A stretch of 64,000 bases of DNA. It comes from an uncultured Alphaproteobacteria bacterium (lineage in GTDB: Bacteria; Pseudomonadota; Alphaproteobacteria; Methylaequorales; Methylaequoraceae). A program made the translations under genes and the position numbers. Of the stretch, positions 18,834 to 30,464 are shown in pieces. The notes under the pieces are model-generated. The model saw only the letters and a program-made list of their open reading frames with translations, did no database searches and had not been told where the DNA came from. The stretch is taken from NCBI GenBank assembly GCA_902625895.1, contig CACODD010000002.1, positions 20,785 through 84,784 of the forward strand. Direction: 5' to 3'. Position 1 is the stretch's first letter. Each line of letters starts with the position of its first letter.

Positions 18834-19508
18834 ATGAATAGTAATTTTTTTGATAAAGCACGAGCTAATATGGTAAATAATCAACTCCTTCCCAATGGTG
18901 TTAAAAATCTAGATCTGATCGAATCATTTGATAATACAAAGAAAGAACTATTTGTTCCAGACTCTGAAAAAGAGATGGTATACAGTGACTCAGATATTTT
19001 GATTTCTCCAGATAGATATTTAATAAGAACATTTGTCTTAGCAAAAATGTTTGAGCACTGTAGTTTTTCTAAAGATGATTCAGTTTTAGTGATTGGTTGC
19101 TTAACAGGTTATTCCGTCGCGATAATTTCAAATTTAGTAAGTTATGTATTTGGTGTTGAAAATTGTAAAAGTTTAGTTGAAAGGGCTAATTCTGTTTTAT
19201 CACATATGGGATGTTTAAATACTTCAGTTTTCTATAAATCAAATCTAGTTTTAGGTAATAATAAAAACTCTCCTTATGATAAGATTTTTATTGAGGGTGC
19301 TGTAAAATCAGTTCCAAAAGTTTTAATTAAACAATTGAAAGATAATGGTGAAATCTACACGGTTCTAAAAGAAGAAGATTATATTGGTGAATTTGTTAGA
19401 GGTCAGAAAATTGATTCTTTAATCTCATTTACCAAACTTTTCAATACAAATTTATACGAATTGAAAGATTTCATTATCCAGGAAAATGGATATGAAAAAA
19501 GTCTTTAA
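18834..19508 (+). CDS. Protein-L-isoaspartate O-methyltransferase-family (PCMT-like) protein, the TolC-linked paralog
   Basis: An R..MV..QL...GV segment followed by ...FVP... and SAM-binding VLVIGCLTGYSVAI. Positioned upstream of tolC as in many alphaproteobacteria. Confidence 0.55.
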   Translation: MNSNFFDKARANMVNNQLLPNGVKNLDLIESFDNTKKELFVPDSEKEMVYSDSDILISPDRYLIRTFVLAKMFEHCSFSKDDSVLVIGCLTGYSVAIISNLVSYVFGVENCKSLVERANSVLSHMGCLNTSVFYKSNLVLGNNKNSPYDKIFIEGAVKSVPKVLIKQLKDNGEIYTVLKEEDYIGEFVRGQKIDSLISFTKLFNTNLYELKDFIIQENGYEKSL

Positions 19509-20856
19509 AAAGTTTTGTTTAATTTTCTTGATTATATTTCCTCAATACTCTTCATCTAATCAGATAGTCAATGACGATCTTAAACAATCACTTGAAAAAC
19601 TTTATGAGTTAAACCCAAAAATCAAGTATTATAGAAATATTTTGAAGTCAAAAGATGAATTAATGCCTCAAGCATATTCTGAATTTAGACCAGAAATAAA
19701 AGGTTATTATCAAAAAGGAAAGGTGCATACAAACTCTCACGGATTCAATATCACATCTGATGGAATAAGATCTGAAACTAACAAAGGAATTACCATAACA
19801 CAGGATATTTTTGATGGAGGAAGTAGCTTAAGTAATATACAGGTTGCTAAAAATACTATTTTTTCAGAAAGATATATTCTACAAGATAAAGAACAAGAAA
19901 TTTTCTTCGATGCAATAAAAATTTATTCAGAATTTGCAACCGAACAGTCTAATTTTAAGTTAAAAAAAAAAAATGTTGAAGTCCTTAAAAATAGATTTGA
20001 ATTAACAAAAGAACAATTTGAAATTGGAGAGGTTACTCTGACAGATGTTTCAATAGCTGACGCAAGATTATCATTGGCCAAATCGGATTTAATAGAATCA
20101 GAAAAAAATTTAGAATCCTTAACTGCTAATTATTTTTATTTATTTGGTGTTAAACCAATTTCTCCCAAAATTGATCTAGCTGTTCTTGAATTCAAAAAAA
20201 ATGTTGACGATATAAGGTCCTTAGGACTTAAAAAAAATCCGAAAGTTAATGACTTAGTTTACCAAATTAAATCACTTGAATACAAAATTAAGACTCTTAA
20301 AAGAAAAAAACTTCCAAGTGTTAAACTAGAAGCAGACGCATACATAAATGAGGGTTACTTCAGAACTGACAGTAAAAGAGAGGTTCTCTCTGCTTTTGCC
20401 ATTATTGATATACCCTTATATCAGTCTGGTGCAGCTTCTTCCAAAATCAGAGAAGTAAAAAGTCAGCTATTTGCCTTGAATCAATTATTGCGACAAGTTA
20501 AAGAGGAAATTGAATTTAATATTACATCATCTATATCATCATACGATCATTCATATTCAAAAATTAAAGCATATAAAAAACAAATTGAATCAAACAAGAT
20601 CTATTTGGAGGGTTTGAGGCAAGAAATGCAACTTGGTGAACGAACAATGCTTGATTTACTTGACGGAGAACAAGAATTATTAAAATCACAGCTTGATCTT
20701 GTAAAGTCTTACCGAGATCTATTTAATTCTTATTATGAAACGATCTTCTTCATGGGTGGTCTAAATCCCAGAGATTTAGGATTAAATGTAAATTATTATG
20801 ACGAAACGACAAATTTTGACGATGTCAAATTTAAGTGGTTGGATATAATTGAATAA
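19486..20856 (+). CDS. tolC: TolC-family outer membrane efflux protein
   Basis: Signal peptide. Two internally repeated coiled-coil/beta halves. 456 aa. Conserved pcm-like-tolC-valS neighbourhood. Confidence 0.75.
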   Translation: MDMKKVFKKFCLIFLIIFPQYSSSNQIVNDDLKQSLEKLYELNPKIKYYRNILKSKDELMPQAYSEFRPEIKGYYQKGKVHTNSHGFNITSDGIRSETNKGITITQDIFDGGSSLSNIQVAKNTIFSERYILQDKEQEIFFDAIKIYSEFATEQSNFKLKKKNVEVLKNRFELTKEQFEIGEVTLTDVSIADARLSLAKSDLIESEKNLESLTANYFYLFGVKPISPKIDLAVLEFKKNVDDIRSLGLKKNPKVNDLVYQIKSLEYKIKTLKRKKLPSVKLEADAYINEGYFRTDSKREVLSAFAIIDIPLYQSGAASSKIREVKSQLFALNQLLRQVKEEIEFNITSSISSYDHSYSKIKAYKKQIESNKIYLEGLRQEMQLGERTMLDLLDGEQELLKSQLDLVKSYRDLFNSYYETIFFMGGLNPRDLGLNVNYYDETTNFDDVKFKWLDIIE

Positions 20857-20858
20857 TA

Positions 20859-23465
20859 ATGTTAGAAAAAAGATTTAATTTTTCAGAAATTGAAGCAAAA
20901 TGTTTAGATCATTGGTCTGAAAATCAAATATTTTCTTTTAATAACAACGAAAACAAAAAACCATTTTGTATTATGATGCCGCCACCAAATGTTACTGGTA
21001 GTTTGCATATGGGGCATGCTTTAACTTTCACTCTTCAAGATATCTTAATTAGATTTCATAAAAAACTTAATAAAAATGTTTTATGGCAACCCGGAACTGA
21101 TCATGCTGGAATTGCAACAGAAATAGTAGTTGAAAAAATGATTCAAAAAGAAAGTAAATTATCAAAAGCTGAATTAGGAAGATCAAAATTTATTGAAAAA
21201 ATTTGGAATTGGAAAGAAGAATCTGGAGATAAGATAATTAATCAAATGAAAAGATTAGGTACATCAGTTGATTGGAATATTTCTCGATTTACAATGGATG
21301 AAGGACTTAGTGATTCAGTTAAAGAGGTTTTTATAAATCTTTATAACCGAGGTTTGATTTATAAAGATAAAAGATTGGTTAATTGGGATCCAAAACTTGG
21401 AACTGCTCTTTCGGACCTAGAAGTGAACCAAATTGAAAAAGTTGGAAAAATGTGGTTTATAAAGTATCAATTGGAAAACAGCATAGAAAACATAGTTGTT
21501 GGAACAACCAGACCAGAAACAATCTTTGGTGACACTGGTATTGCGATTCATCCAAAAAATAAAAAACTTAAACATCTAATTGGAAAAAAAGCACTTATTC
21601 CTATTCTCAATAAAAAAATACCAATTTTTGCAGATGAATATGCAGACCCAGAAAAAGGTTCAGGTGCAGTAAAAATTACTCCGTCACACGATTTTAATGA
21701 TTTTGAAATAGGGAAAAAACATGATTTAGAATTTGTTAATATTTTAGATAAAACAGCAAGTTTAAATAAAAATACCCCAAAAGAATACCAAGGTTTAAAT
21801 AGGTTTGTTGCTAGGAAAAAATTGATAAGTGAACTTAAAAAAAATAATAAAATTCTAAAAACCGTTAATAATAAAATGTTTCTTCCTGTTGGAGATAGAA
21901 GCGGCGAAATTATAGAGCCACTATTAACCTTTCAATGGTTTTTAGATACTAAGAAAATAAGTGTCAAAGTTAAAAAAGCGATTAAAGAAAAAAAAATTGT
22001 ATTTCATCCAAACTCGTGGATAAATACATTCAAATATTGGATAGAAAATATTGAGCCATGGTGTATTTCTCGACAGATTTGGTGGGGACATAGAATACCA
22101 ATCTGGTACTCTAATAATGGACTTAAGATAGCTGCAAAATCAGAAGAAGAAGCAATTAACATTTTAATGTTAAAAGATGAAACTGATAAAATTTTGTATC
22201 AAGATGAAGATGTATTAGATACATGGTTTTCCTCTGCGCTATGGCCTTTTTCAACTTTAGGATGGCCAGAAAATGATAAACTGTTAAAGAACTTTTATCC
22301 ATCAAATGTATTAGTTACCGGGTTTGACATAATCTTCTTTTGGGTTGCAAGGATGGTAATGATGGGTCTTGAATTTATGAATGAAGTTCCTTTTAAGAAT
22401 ATTTATATTCATCCTTTAGTAAAAGATGAAAAGGGACAAAAAATGTCAAAATCAAAAGGTAATGTTATTGATCCTCTTGATATAATTGAAAAATATGGTT
22501 CTGATGCACTAAGATTTACATTAACTAATTTATCAACTCAAGGTAGAGATATAAAACTTTCTGACAAACTTGTCGAAAATAGTAGAAATTTTATAACAAA
22601 AATTTGGAATGTAGCTAGGTTTAGTCAGTTTAATAACTTTAAGTATGATAAAAAGTTTAATCCACAATATTGTGAACTACCTGTAAATAATTGGATTTTA
22701 TCAAGATTTTTTGAAACCCAAAAAAAGGTAATTAAAAATTTAGAGAATTTTAAATTTAATTTAATGATTTCTGAATTATATCAATTCATATGGAGTGATT
22801 TTTGCGATTTTTATATTGAACTTTCAAAGAATTACTTAAAAGAGGATAAAAATAAGAAAGAAATATCTAATGTTTTCAATTTTGTTTTTTCGAGATCATT
22901 AAATTTGATTAATCCAGTAATACCATTTATTACAGAAAAATTGGGTAAAGAGTTAGGATTTATAGAAGATTCTTTTTTCAAGACGAATTTACATACTGAT
23001 TTAAAGTTAAAATTTAATTCTAAAGAGATTGATAATTTTAAAAAATTTATCGAGCTAATAAAAAAAATTAGATTTGAAATTGGAAATAATAAATCTAGAT
23101 TTAGCCTCTATATTCTTTCTGAAGAAAAAGTGATGTGGATAGATGAAAACATTTATTTATTAACCTCAATATTTAAATTTGAATCCGTAGAGTATAAAAA
23201 AAAGATTATAAAAGAAAATAAAAATAGCAAAATTTTAGTAACTTTCGGATTAAAATTTATTATTGTTCCTTCAGAAGACTACAAATTTATTGATCAAAAA
23301 TCATTGAGAAAAAAGATTTCATTTTATGAAAATGAAATTAATTTCTTTAACGAAAAGTTAAAAAATAATGAATTTCTTAATAAAGCACCCTCAAAAGTAA
23401 TTGACCAATACAAATTTAAACTTGAGGAAGCTAGAAAGAATCTTAAGCTTTTAACTCAGAAGTGA
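20859..23465 (+). CDS. valS: Valine--tRNA ligase
   Basis: HIGH motif PPPNVTGSLHMGHA. KMSKS motif. 868 aa. Confidence 0.95.
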   Translation: MLEKRFNFSEIEAKCLDHWSENQIFSFNNNENKKPFCIMMPPPNVTGSLHMGHALTFTLQDILIRFHKKLNKNVLWQPGTDHAGIATEIVVEKMIQKESKLSKAELGRSKFIEKIWNWKEESGDKIINQMKRLGTSVDWNISRFTMDEGLSDSVKEVFINLYNRGLIYKDKRLVNWDPKLGTALSDLEVNQIEKVGKMWFIKYQLENSIENIVVGTTRPETIFGDTGIAIHPKNKKLKHLIGKKALIPILNKKIPIFADEYADPEKGSGAVKITPSHDFNDFEIGKKHDLEFVNILDKTASLNKNTPKEYQGLNRFVARKKLISELKKNNKILKTVNNKMFLPVGDRSGEIIEPLLTFQWFLDTKKISVKVKKAIKEKKIVFHPNSWINTFKYWIENIEPWCISRQIWWGHRIPIWYSNNGLKIAAKSEEEAINILMLKDETDKILYQDEDVLDTWFSSALWPFSTLGWPENDKLLKNFYPSNVLVTGFDIIFFWVARMVMMGLEFMNEVPFKNIYIHPLVKDEKGQKMSKSKGNVIDPLDIIEKYGSDALRFTLTNLSTQGRDIKLSDKLVENSRNFITKIWNVARFSQFNNFKYDKKFNPQYCELPVNNWILSRFFETQKKVIKNLENFKFNLMISELYQFIWSDFCDFYIELSKNYLKEDKNKKEISNVFNFVFSRSLNLINPVIPFITEKLGKELGFIEDSFFKTNLHTDLKLKFNSKEIDNFKKFIELIKKIRFEIGNNKSRFSLYILSEEKVMWIDENIYLLTSIFKFESVEYKKKIIKENKNSKILVTFGLKFIIVPSEDYKFIDQKSLRKKISFYENEINFFNEKLKNNEFLNKAPSKVIDQYKFKLEEARKNLKLLTQK

Positions 23466-24238
23466 TGTTTGAAATAAAATTTGATAATCTTATTTTAAAG
23501 TCTAATAAAAACAAAATCATTAATAATAATATTATTTTTCTTTTTTACGGGATAGGTTGTTGTTCAGATGATTTTAAATTTTTATTCAATACACTAGGTC
23601 CTAGATTTAATCTCTATATTGTAGAACTTCCAGGGCACAACGGTATTAAATATTCTGATAGTGATTTGTATTCATTCTCAAGAAAGATTTATCTTTTTTT
23701 AAAAAAAAAAAACATTAAGGAAATTACATTTTTTGCTCACTCTTTGGGTGGTATAATCCCAATAATTTTAGTAAAAAACTTTATAAAAAACAAAATACTA
23801 ATTAGTAACTTTATAAACTATGAGGGAAACTTGACTAAATATGATACAGAGACTTTAACAAAAAAAACTATTTCTTACAGGAAAAATGATTTTATAAGAA
23901 ACAAATTTAACAATTTATTAAAAAAAACTGAATCGTCTCAAAATAGGTTTTTAAGTTATTGGTCTCAATCATTAAAAAAAACTTCACCTTCTATTTTTTA
24001 TGATTTATCAAAGCAATGTGTTAAATTAAGCGAATCGAATGAACTATTAAATTTTTTTAAAACGTTTTTTAAAAAAAAAGTTTATATTTATGGTGAGAAG
24101 ACTCAATTAAAGGTTTCAAAATATATTTTTGGTCCAGTCCGATACAAAATAAAAAATTCTGGTCATTTCTCTTTTTTTGAAAGTAAATTAGATTTTAGTA
24201 GAATATTTAGAAAATTATTATTAAAAAAATATAAATGA
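23462..24238 (+). CDS. Alpha/beta-hydrolase fold protein
   Basis: Nucleophile elbow FFAHSLGG. HGxxG-like oxyanion region. C-terminal GHF. Confidence 0.5.
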   Translation: MMFEIKFDNLILKSNKNKIINNNIIFLFYGIGCCSDDFKFLFNTLGPRFNLYIVELPGHNGIKYSDSDLYSFSRKIYLFLKKKNIKEITFFAHSLGGIIPIILVKNFIKNKILISNFINYEGNLTKYDTETLTKKTISYRKNDFIRNKFNNLLKKTESSQNRFLSYWSQSLKKTSPSIFYDLSKQCVKLSESNELLNFFKTFFKKKVYIYGEKTQLKVSKYIFGPVRYKIKNSGHFSFFESKLDFSRIFRKLLLKKYK

Positions 24239-25956
24239 ATAAAATTAAAAAACAACATCTTCCCAGTCGACATGTTTCTGTGGGTCCTAAAAGCTCGCCT
24301 CATAGATCTTATTATTATGCAATGGGAATGACTGAGAAAGAAATATATCAACCTTTTGTTGGTATTGCGACATGTTGGAATGAATCTGCACCATGTAATA
24401 TTTCTCTTTCTCGTCAAGCTCAATCAGCAAAGAAAGGTGTCAAAGATAATACCGGAACTCCCAGAGAGTTTACTACAATTACAGTTACTGATGGAATAGC
24501 GATGGGGCATGAAGGAATGAAATCATCATTGGTATCGAGAGAAATTATAGCAGATTCAATTGAGGTTTCTATGAGAGGACATTGTTATGATGGATTGGTT
24601 GGAATTGCAGGGTGTGATAAATCTTTACCTGGCATAATGATGGCGATGTTGAGGTTAAATGTTCCTGCTGTATTTTTATACGGTGGTTCGATTCTTCCGG
24701 GTAAACACAAAAACAAAGAGGTTACTGTCCAGGATGTGTTTGAAGCAGTTGGTGAATTTGATTCAAATAAGATCACCGAGGATGAGCTTTGTGATTTAGA
24801 AAAAGTTGCATGCCCATCAGCAGGTTCTTGCGGAGGGCAATTTACTGCAAACACAATGGCCTGTGTTGCTGAAGCAATTGGATTAGCATTGCCTGGTTCT
24901 TCTTCAACACCAGCTCCGTACGAGTCCAGAGATAAATTTGCATATGACTCTGGAATCAAGGTAATGGATCTTATCAATACGCAACTCAAACCTAGGGATA
25001 TTGTAAATAAAAAATCTCTGATCAATGCTGCAAGAATCGTTGCGTGTTCTGGTGGTTCAACAAATGCAGCTTTACATCTACCCGCATTAGCTAATGAAAT
25101 AGGAATAGACTTTGATATAATGGATGTTGCAAAAATTTTCAAAGAAACTCCATATATAGCTGACTTGAAACCTGGAGGAAAATATCTTGCAAAAGATCTT
25201 CATGATATTGGAGGAGTTCCAATTATAATGAAATCTTTATTGGATGGAGGTTTTCTAGATGGTTCGTGTCTAACAGTAACAGGTAAGACTTTAAAAGAAA
25301 ATTTAAGTTCTGTAAAGGTTGACTTTGGCTCTCAAAAAATCATTTTTTCTACTAAGAATCCTATCTCTAAAACCGGTGGAGTTGTCGGTTTGCAGGGAAA
25401 CCTAGCGCCTGATGGTGCAATTGTTAAGGTTGCAGGGTTAAAATCTCAAAAATTTGTTGGAAAAGCTAGATGTTTTGATTGTGAAGAGAGTGCTTTTGAT
25501 GCTGTAAGTAACAAACAGTATGAAGCTGGTGATGTAATAGTTATAAGGTATGAAGGACCAAAAGGGGGCCCAGGTATGAGAGAAATGCTTGCTACAACTG
25601 CCGCAATATATGGACAAGGGATGGGAGAAAAAGTTGCCTTAATTACAGATGGAAGATTTTCCGGCGCAACAAGAGGTTTATGTGTTGGTCATATAAGCCC
25701 GGAAGCTATGGCATTAGGTCCAATTGCTCTTATCAAGAATGGGGATCAAATATTAATTGATGCTAAAGAGGGAATAATAACTCTAAAGGTTGATGAAAAG
25801 ATATTAGAAGCCAGAAAAAAATCAATTCAAAAAAGAAAAAATAATTTTGGATCGGGTGCTTTATGGAAATTTTCTCAAACAGTCGGATCTGCAAGATTTG
25901 GCGCAGTAACTCATCCCGGTGCAAAAAAAGAAATAAAGAATTATTCAGACATCTAA
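24235..25956 (+). CDS. ilvD: Dihydroxy-acid dehydratase
   Basis: CDKSLPG and SGGSTNA motifs. Fe-S cysteines. 573 aa. Confidence 0.95.
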   Translation: MNKIKKQHLPSRHVSVGPKSSPHRSYYYAMGMTEKEIYQPFVGIATCWNESAPCNISLSRQAQSAKKGVKDNTGTPREFTTITVTDGIAMGHEGMKSSLVSREIIADSIEVSMRGHCYDGLVGIAGCDKSLPGIMMAMLRLNVPAVFLYGGSILPGKHKNKEVTVQDVFEAVGEFDSNKITEDELCDLEKVACPSAGSCGGQFTANTMACVAEAIGLALPGSSSTPAPYESRDKFAYDSGIKVMDLINTQLKPRDIVNKKSLINAARIVACSGGSTNAALHLPALANEIGIDFDIMDVAKIFKETPYIADLKPGGKYLAKDLHDIGGVPIIMKSLLDGGFLDGSCLTVTGKTLKENLSSVKVDFGSQKIIFSTKNPISKTGGVVGLQGNLAPDGAIVKVAGLKSQKFVGKARCFDCEESAFDAVSNKQYEAGDVIVIRYEGPKGGPGMREMLATTAAIYGQGMGEKVALITDGRFSGATRGLCVGHISPEAMALGPIALIKNGDQILIDAKEGIITLKVDEKILEARKKSIQKRKNNFGSGALWKFSQTVGSARFGAVTHPGAKKEIKNYSDI

Positions 25957-26724
25957 ATTGATCCATATTGGAATATGATCTGAGGGTTTCGTCAATCCCC
26001 TGTATTTTGAACCAAAATTAATATTTTTTACCAACTTTAAGTACTTTGGAGAAATTAGAAAATGATCAATTAATAATCCATCATTTCTTTCCCAACAAGC
26101 TCTTTGATAGTCCCAATACGAAAATGACGAACCTGGTTTTTTGAAAATTCTTACAATATTCGTCAGACCTGATGAAAGAATTTCTCTAAAGATTGTTCGA
26201 GACTCAATACACCCGAGAGCGTCATTTTCCCAATTATCAAAATTTAATACATCATTTTTATTTTCTAATACATTAAAGTCTCCACCAATGAGAAGATTAT
26301 CTACATTATTAATAAAATGTTTCGAAATTTTTTTAATTTCTGATAACCATGAAATTTTAAAGTCGAATTTTTTCTTGTCTTCGATTGGGTTTCCGTTTGG
26401 TGTGTAAACATTTAAGATGTTTAAATTATATTCGTTTACATATATGAAATTTGTTCTTGATTCGCATAATAAAACCTCGTTCTCTAGTTCTATAGACTTG
26501 AAATTTAATCCTTTTTTTAATAATGTCGCAACGCCGTACTTTCCTTTTTGTCCATTAACAATTAATTCATAACCAAATGAGGAGTAGAAATCTGGAAATT
26601 CTTCATTTGTACACTTGATTTCTTGAAGCAAAATTATGTCTGGGTTTATCTCTTCGATAAATTTTTTGAGAATATCAACTCTTATTCTAACGGAATTTAT
26701 ATTCCAAGAGGCAATTATAGCCAT
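25945..26724 (-). CDS. xth: Exodeoxyribonuclease III
   Basis: [15 protein letters not shown]...LLQEIK. C-terminal DH catalytic region. 259 aa. Confidence 0.9.
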   Translation of the reverse strand: MAIIASWNINSVRIRVDILKKFIEEINPDIILLQEIKCTNEEFPDFYSSFGYELIVNGQKGKYGVATLLKKGLNFKSIELENEVLLCESRTNFIYVNEYNLNILNVYTPNGNPIEDKKKFDFKISWLSEIKKISKHFINNVDNLLIGGDFNVLENKNDVLNFDNWENDALGCIESRTIFREILSSGLTNIVRIFKKPGSSFSYWDYQRACWERNDGLLIDHFLISPKYLKLVKNINFGSKYRGLTKPSDHIPIWINLDV

Positions 26725-27042
26725 TTATATTGAAAAGGAGGTTCCGCAACCACAAGTTGAATTGGCATTAGGATTTGTGATTTTAAAATATGAACCTATG
26801 AGGTCATTTACAAAATCTAACTTAGATCCTTTAAGAAAGTTTAATGATGTTGGATCTATTAAAATCTTAACATCGCTGAACTTAAAAATTTTATCTTCAT
26901 CATTAATCTTTTGATCAAAATTAAATTTATACGAAAAGCCCTGACACCCCCCGCCGTCTACTGAAATTCTAAAATATTCATGTTTTTCCTTAAGAGCAAT
27001 TTCCTTAATTCTTTCAACAGCATTTTTAGATACATCAAACAT
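26725..27042 (-). CDS. erpA: Iron-sulfur cluster insertion protein (HesB/IscA/ErpA family)
   Basis: C-terminal CGCGTSF motif. 105 aa. Confidence 0.85.
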   Translation of the reverse strand: MFDVSKNAVERIKEIALKEKHEYFRISVDGGGCQGFSYKFNFDQKINDEDKIFKFSDVKILIDPTSLNFLKGSKLDFVNDLIGSYFKITNPNANSTCGCGTSFSI

Positions 27043-27086
27043 TATAGTCTTTTTTTTTTTACATTTATAATATAGATATATAGATT

Positions 27087-28226
27087 ATGGTGCAATATTC
27101 AATTTTTTCAACAAATTATAAATCATCTAAAGGAAGGGTATTTTGCGAAAAAGATGATCCTAATAGAACTTGTTTTATGAGAGACAGGGATAGGATTATT
27201 CATTCCTCAGCATTTAGAAGGTTAAAATATAAAACACAAGTATTTGTTCATCACGAAGAAGATTACTTTAGGACAAGATTATCTCATAGTTTAGAAGTTT
27301 CACAATTATCAAGATCTATTTCAAAAGTTTTTAATATTAATGACGATCTTACAGAATCAATTTCACTAAGTCATGATCTAGGGCATACACCTTTTGGTCA
27401 TGCTGGCGAGGAAGTTTTAAATAATAAAATGAAAGGAAGAGGTGGCTTTAATCATAATTATCAAGCTTTAAAAATTTTAACAGTTTTAGAAAAAAAATAT
27501 CTAGATTTTGATGGATTAAATCTAACATTTGAAACTTTAGATGGTATTTTAAAACATAACGGTCCTGTTACCTCGGTATTACCAAGTTACATTCAAAGTT
27601 TTATTAATTTTTTCGGTGGGGAAAAAAAATCTCAAGGATCTTTTGAAGCTCAAATTGCCGCTATATGTGATGATATTGCTTATAATAATAATGATATTGA
27701 TGATGGCTTGTATGCAGGGTTATTCGAAATAGAAGAATTAAATGAATTAGAAATTATAAAAGACGCTTTAAAAAAAATTAATTTAAAAAAAAGTAAAGAG
27801 TATAGAAGAATCAAATACGAGCTGATAAGAAAACTAATAAATATAATGGTTGATGATTTAATTAGAAATACTAAACAAAATATCCAAAATTTCAAAATTA
27901 AAAACTGCTATCAAATTTTAGAGCTTGATAAACCTTTGGTAATTTTTGGAGATGAAATGAGAAATAAAGAAAAAAATTTAAAAGTTTTTTTAAGAAATAA
28001 AATGTATAATCATCCTAAAGTTAAAACAATGAATTTTAAAGCAAAAAAAATAGTGTCTGACCTATTTGATCTTTACATTGATGAGCCATATCTTTTACCA
28101 ATTGGTTGGAGAAACTTTAAAAATGAAAATGAGAAATACGTTAACGTTTCTGACTACATATCAGGAATGACAGATAATTATGCTATCAATATTCACAAAA
28201 AATATTTCGATCTATATAGTCATTAA
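27087..28226 (+). CDS. dgt: dGTP triphosphohydrolase-like HD-domain protein
   Basis: HD motifs RLSHSLEV and HDLGHTPFGH. Confidence 0.85.
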   Translation: MVQYSIFSTNYKSSKGRVFCEKDDPNRTCFMRDRDRIIHSSAFRRLKYKTQVFVHHEEDYFRTRLSHSLEVSQLSRSISKVFNINDDLTESISLSHDLGHTPFGHAGEEVLNNKMKGRGGFNHNYQALKILTVLEKKYLDFDGLNLTFETLDGILKHNGPVTSVLPSYIQSFINFFGGEKKSQGSFEAQIAAICDDIAYNNNDIDDGLYAGLFEIEELNELEIIKDALKKINLKKSKEYRRIKYELIRKLINIMVDDLIRNTKQNIQNFKIKNCYQILELDKPLVIFGDEMRNKEKNLKVFLRNKMYNHPKVKTMNFKAKKIVSDLFDLYIDEPYLLPIGWRNFKNENEKYVNVSDYISGMTDNYAINIHKKYFDLYSH

Positions 28227-29938
28227 TGTTTTATCATGATTTATTAAAAAAAGAATTATTTGATTATATTAATTCAGAATATTCTAAAAAAAAAATTAAA
28301 GAGGTTCCAACCAAATCATCTTTTAATATCGAAATTCCAACGAATAAAGAATATGGTGATGTGTCTACAAATATTGCAATGGTTTTTGCTAAGAAAATGG
28401 GACTTCCTCCAAGAGATTTGGCTTTAAAACTATCTAAGCATATGAATAAAGAAAACTTTATTGAAAAGTTAGAGGTTGTTGGACCAGGATTTTTAAATAT
28501 TTTTTTCAAGAAGTCGTTTTGGCAAGATCAATTAAAAGTCTATTTTAAAAATGTTAACTCCTTTAAATATAATATTATAAAGAAAAATATCTGCTTAGAA
28601 TTTGTTTCAGCTAACCCAACAGGACTTATGCATATTGGACATGCTAGAGGTGCTGTTTTGGGTGATACCATTGCATCTGTTTTAGAAGAAGTTGGTCACA
28701 AAGTTACCAAAGAATATTATATTAATGATGCTGGTGAACAAATTAAGAAACTAAAAAAAACAGTTAAATATCACTTAAAAAATAAAAATAATAAAAAAGT
28801 TAAAACAAATGATGAAATGTACCCTGGAGAGTATTTAAAGGAAATTTCAAAAAAGATTCATAATCAAGAACTCTCTGAATCTATGTTCGAAAATAATATA
28901 ATTAAATATATTATGAATGATATAAAGAAGGATCTATTAAAAATTAAAATTGCGCATGATTCTTTTATCTCTGAGAAAAAATACTCTTCGAAAAAGCATT
29001 TAGATGAGATACTTAAGAAACTTAATCAAAAAAAGTTAACTTATTATGGTTATCAAGAAAAACCCAAGTCTTTAAATAATGAAAGGTGGGAAAGGAAAAA
29101 GCTTTTATTATTTAAATCACAAGAACACGGTGACGAAACAGATAGAGCTCTGATAAAATCAAATGGTGAACTTACTTATTTTATGACGGATATTATTTAT
29201 CACCAAAAGAAAATTGATAAGAAATTTGATATCTTGTTAAATATTTGGGGGTCAGATCATTCAGGTTATGTAAAAAGATTGCAAAGTGCCATTGAACAAT
29301 TGAATAAGACAGCAAATTATATCTTTGAGATTAAATTAACTTCATTAGTAAATTTATTAAATGGTAAACAAGTTGTAAAAATGTCTAAAAGAGAGGGTAA
29401 CTATGTTACTTTAAGAGAGGTTGTAGACAAAGTGGGTCCAGATGTATTGAGGTATATGATGATTTCAAGAAGTGTTGATAAAAAAATAGACTTTGACTTT
29501 GAAGTTGTTAAATCTAAATCAAAAGACAATCCTGTATTTTATATTCAATATGCATATGCAAGGTGTATGTCACTAATTAAAATTTATGAAAAAACATTTA
29601 ATACTTCTTTGAAAAATATTGATATTAAGAAAGTAAATTTGTCTAAACTTAATTTAAATGAAGAGATAATTATGATAATAAAAATTTGTAATTTTTTTAA
29701 TGTAATAAAAAAAGCTGCTAAGTTTTATGAGCCTCATAGAATTGCTAACTACCTGTTAGATATTGCAAAAGATTTTCATGCATATTGGGGTCTCGGTAAA
29801 GCGGATTCGTCAAAAAAGATAATTATTGATCAAAATTTTAACATCTCTCTATCTAGAATTGTACTTATACTTTCAATTAGTAAGATTATTAAAAAGGGGA
29901 TGAATATATTAAAAATTGAATGTCCAGAGAATATGTAA
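28226..29938 (+). CDS. argS: Arginine--tRNA ligase
   Basis: HIGH-like SANPTGLMHIGHARG. 570 aa. Confidence 0.9.
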   Translation: MFYHDLLKKELFDYINSEYSKKKIKEVPTKSSFNIEIPTNKEYGDVSTNIAMVFAKKMGLPPRDLALKLSKHMNKENFIEKLEVVGPGFLNIFFKKSFWQDQLKVYFKNVNSFKYNIIKKNICLEFVSANPTGLMHIGHARGAVLGDTIASVLEEVGHKVTKEYYINDAGEQIKKLKKTVKYHLKNKNNKKVKTNDEMYPGEYLKEISKKIHNQELSESMFENNIIKYIMNDIKKDLLKIKIAHDSFISEKKYSSKKHLDEILKKLNQKKLTYYGYQEKPKSLNNERWERKKLLLFKSQEHGDETDRALIKSNGELTYFMTDIIYHQKKIDKKFDILLNIWGSDHSGYVKRLQSAIEQLNKTANYIFEIKLTSLVNLLNGKQVVKMSKREGNYVTLREVVDKVGPDVLRYMMISRSVDKKIDFDFEVVKSKSKDNPVFYIQYAYARCMSLIKIYEKTFNTSLKNIDIKKVNLSKLNLNEEIIMIIKICNFFNVIKKAAKFYEPHRIANYLLDIAKDFHAYWGLGKADSSKKIIIDQNFNISLSRIVLILSISKIIKKGMNILKIECPENM

Positions 29939-29939
29939 A

Positions 29940-30464
29940 ATGAATAAAAATAGATTTAAGTTATTGAGCATAATAATATCATACTTTTTTTTTGTTTTTG
30001 TAATTATAATTTCAATAAACACTGTAGTACCAGAAAAAGATCTTCAAGTATTAGAACCAAAAGAAATATTAATTCAAAAAGTTGATAATAATTTTTTAAG
30101 AAATAAAAACTCTGTTTACGAAATATTGGAAAAAGACAATCATGAGCCTGAAAAAAGTATTGAGTCTGAGGAGGGAAAATCAAATTCAAAAATTATTAAA
30201 AATGGAATTAAAAAAGATAATTTCAGAATTCAATTTGCTTCATTTAAAGAAAAACAAAAAAGTTTGGAAATTTCTTCTAAATTGAAAGAGAAAATGTCAA
30301 ATATGTCTATAGGGATAAACCTTATTGTAAAAGAAGTTAAAATAAAGGAAAACCAAACTTTTTATAGAGTAATATCTGAAAGTAAATATCCATTTGGAAA
30401 AGCAAATAGTGAATGCGCAAAATTTAAAAAAAATAAGATCCAATGTATAATTATTAAAAGTTAA
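29940..30464 (+). CDS. SPOR-domain (septal peptidoglycan-binding) membrane protein
   Basis: N-terminal transmembrane segment. C-terminal SPOR-like FRIQFASFKEK...FYRV. Conserved position between argS and nagZ. Confidence 0.55.
   Translation: MNKNRFKLLSIIISYFFFVFVIIISINTVVPEKDLQVLEPKEILIQKVDNNFLRNKNSVYEILEKDNHEPEKSIESEEGKSNSKIIKNGIKKDNFRIQFASFKEKQKSLEISSKLKEKMSNMSIGINLIVKEVKIKENQTFYRVISESKYPFGKANSECAKFKKNKIQCIIIKS

Noticed and set aside
24585-25142. 185-aa antisense ORF inside ilvD, and similar antisense ORFs (1718-1969, 2524-2780, 38740-39150, 45838-46083, 47035-47778, 59785-60755)
   Set aside because: They lie entirely within well-supported genes on the opposite strand and have low-complexity composition. 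They are frame artefacts.
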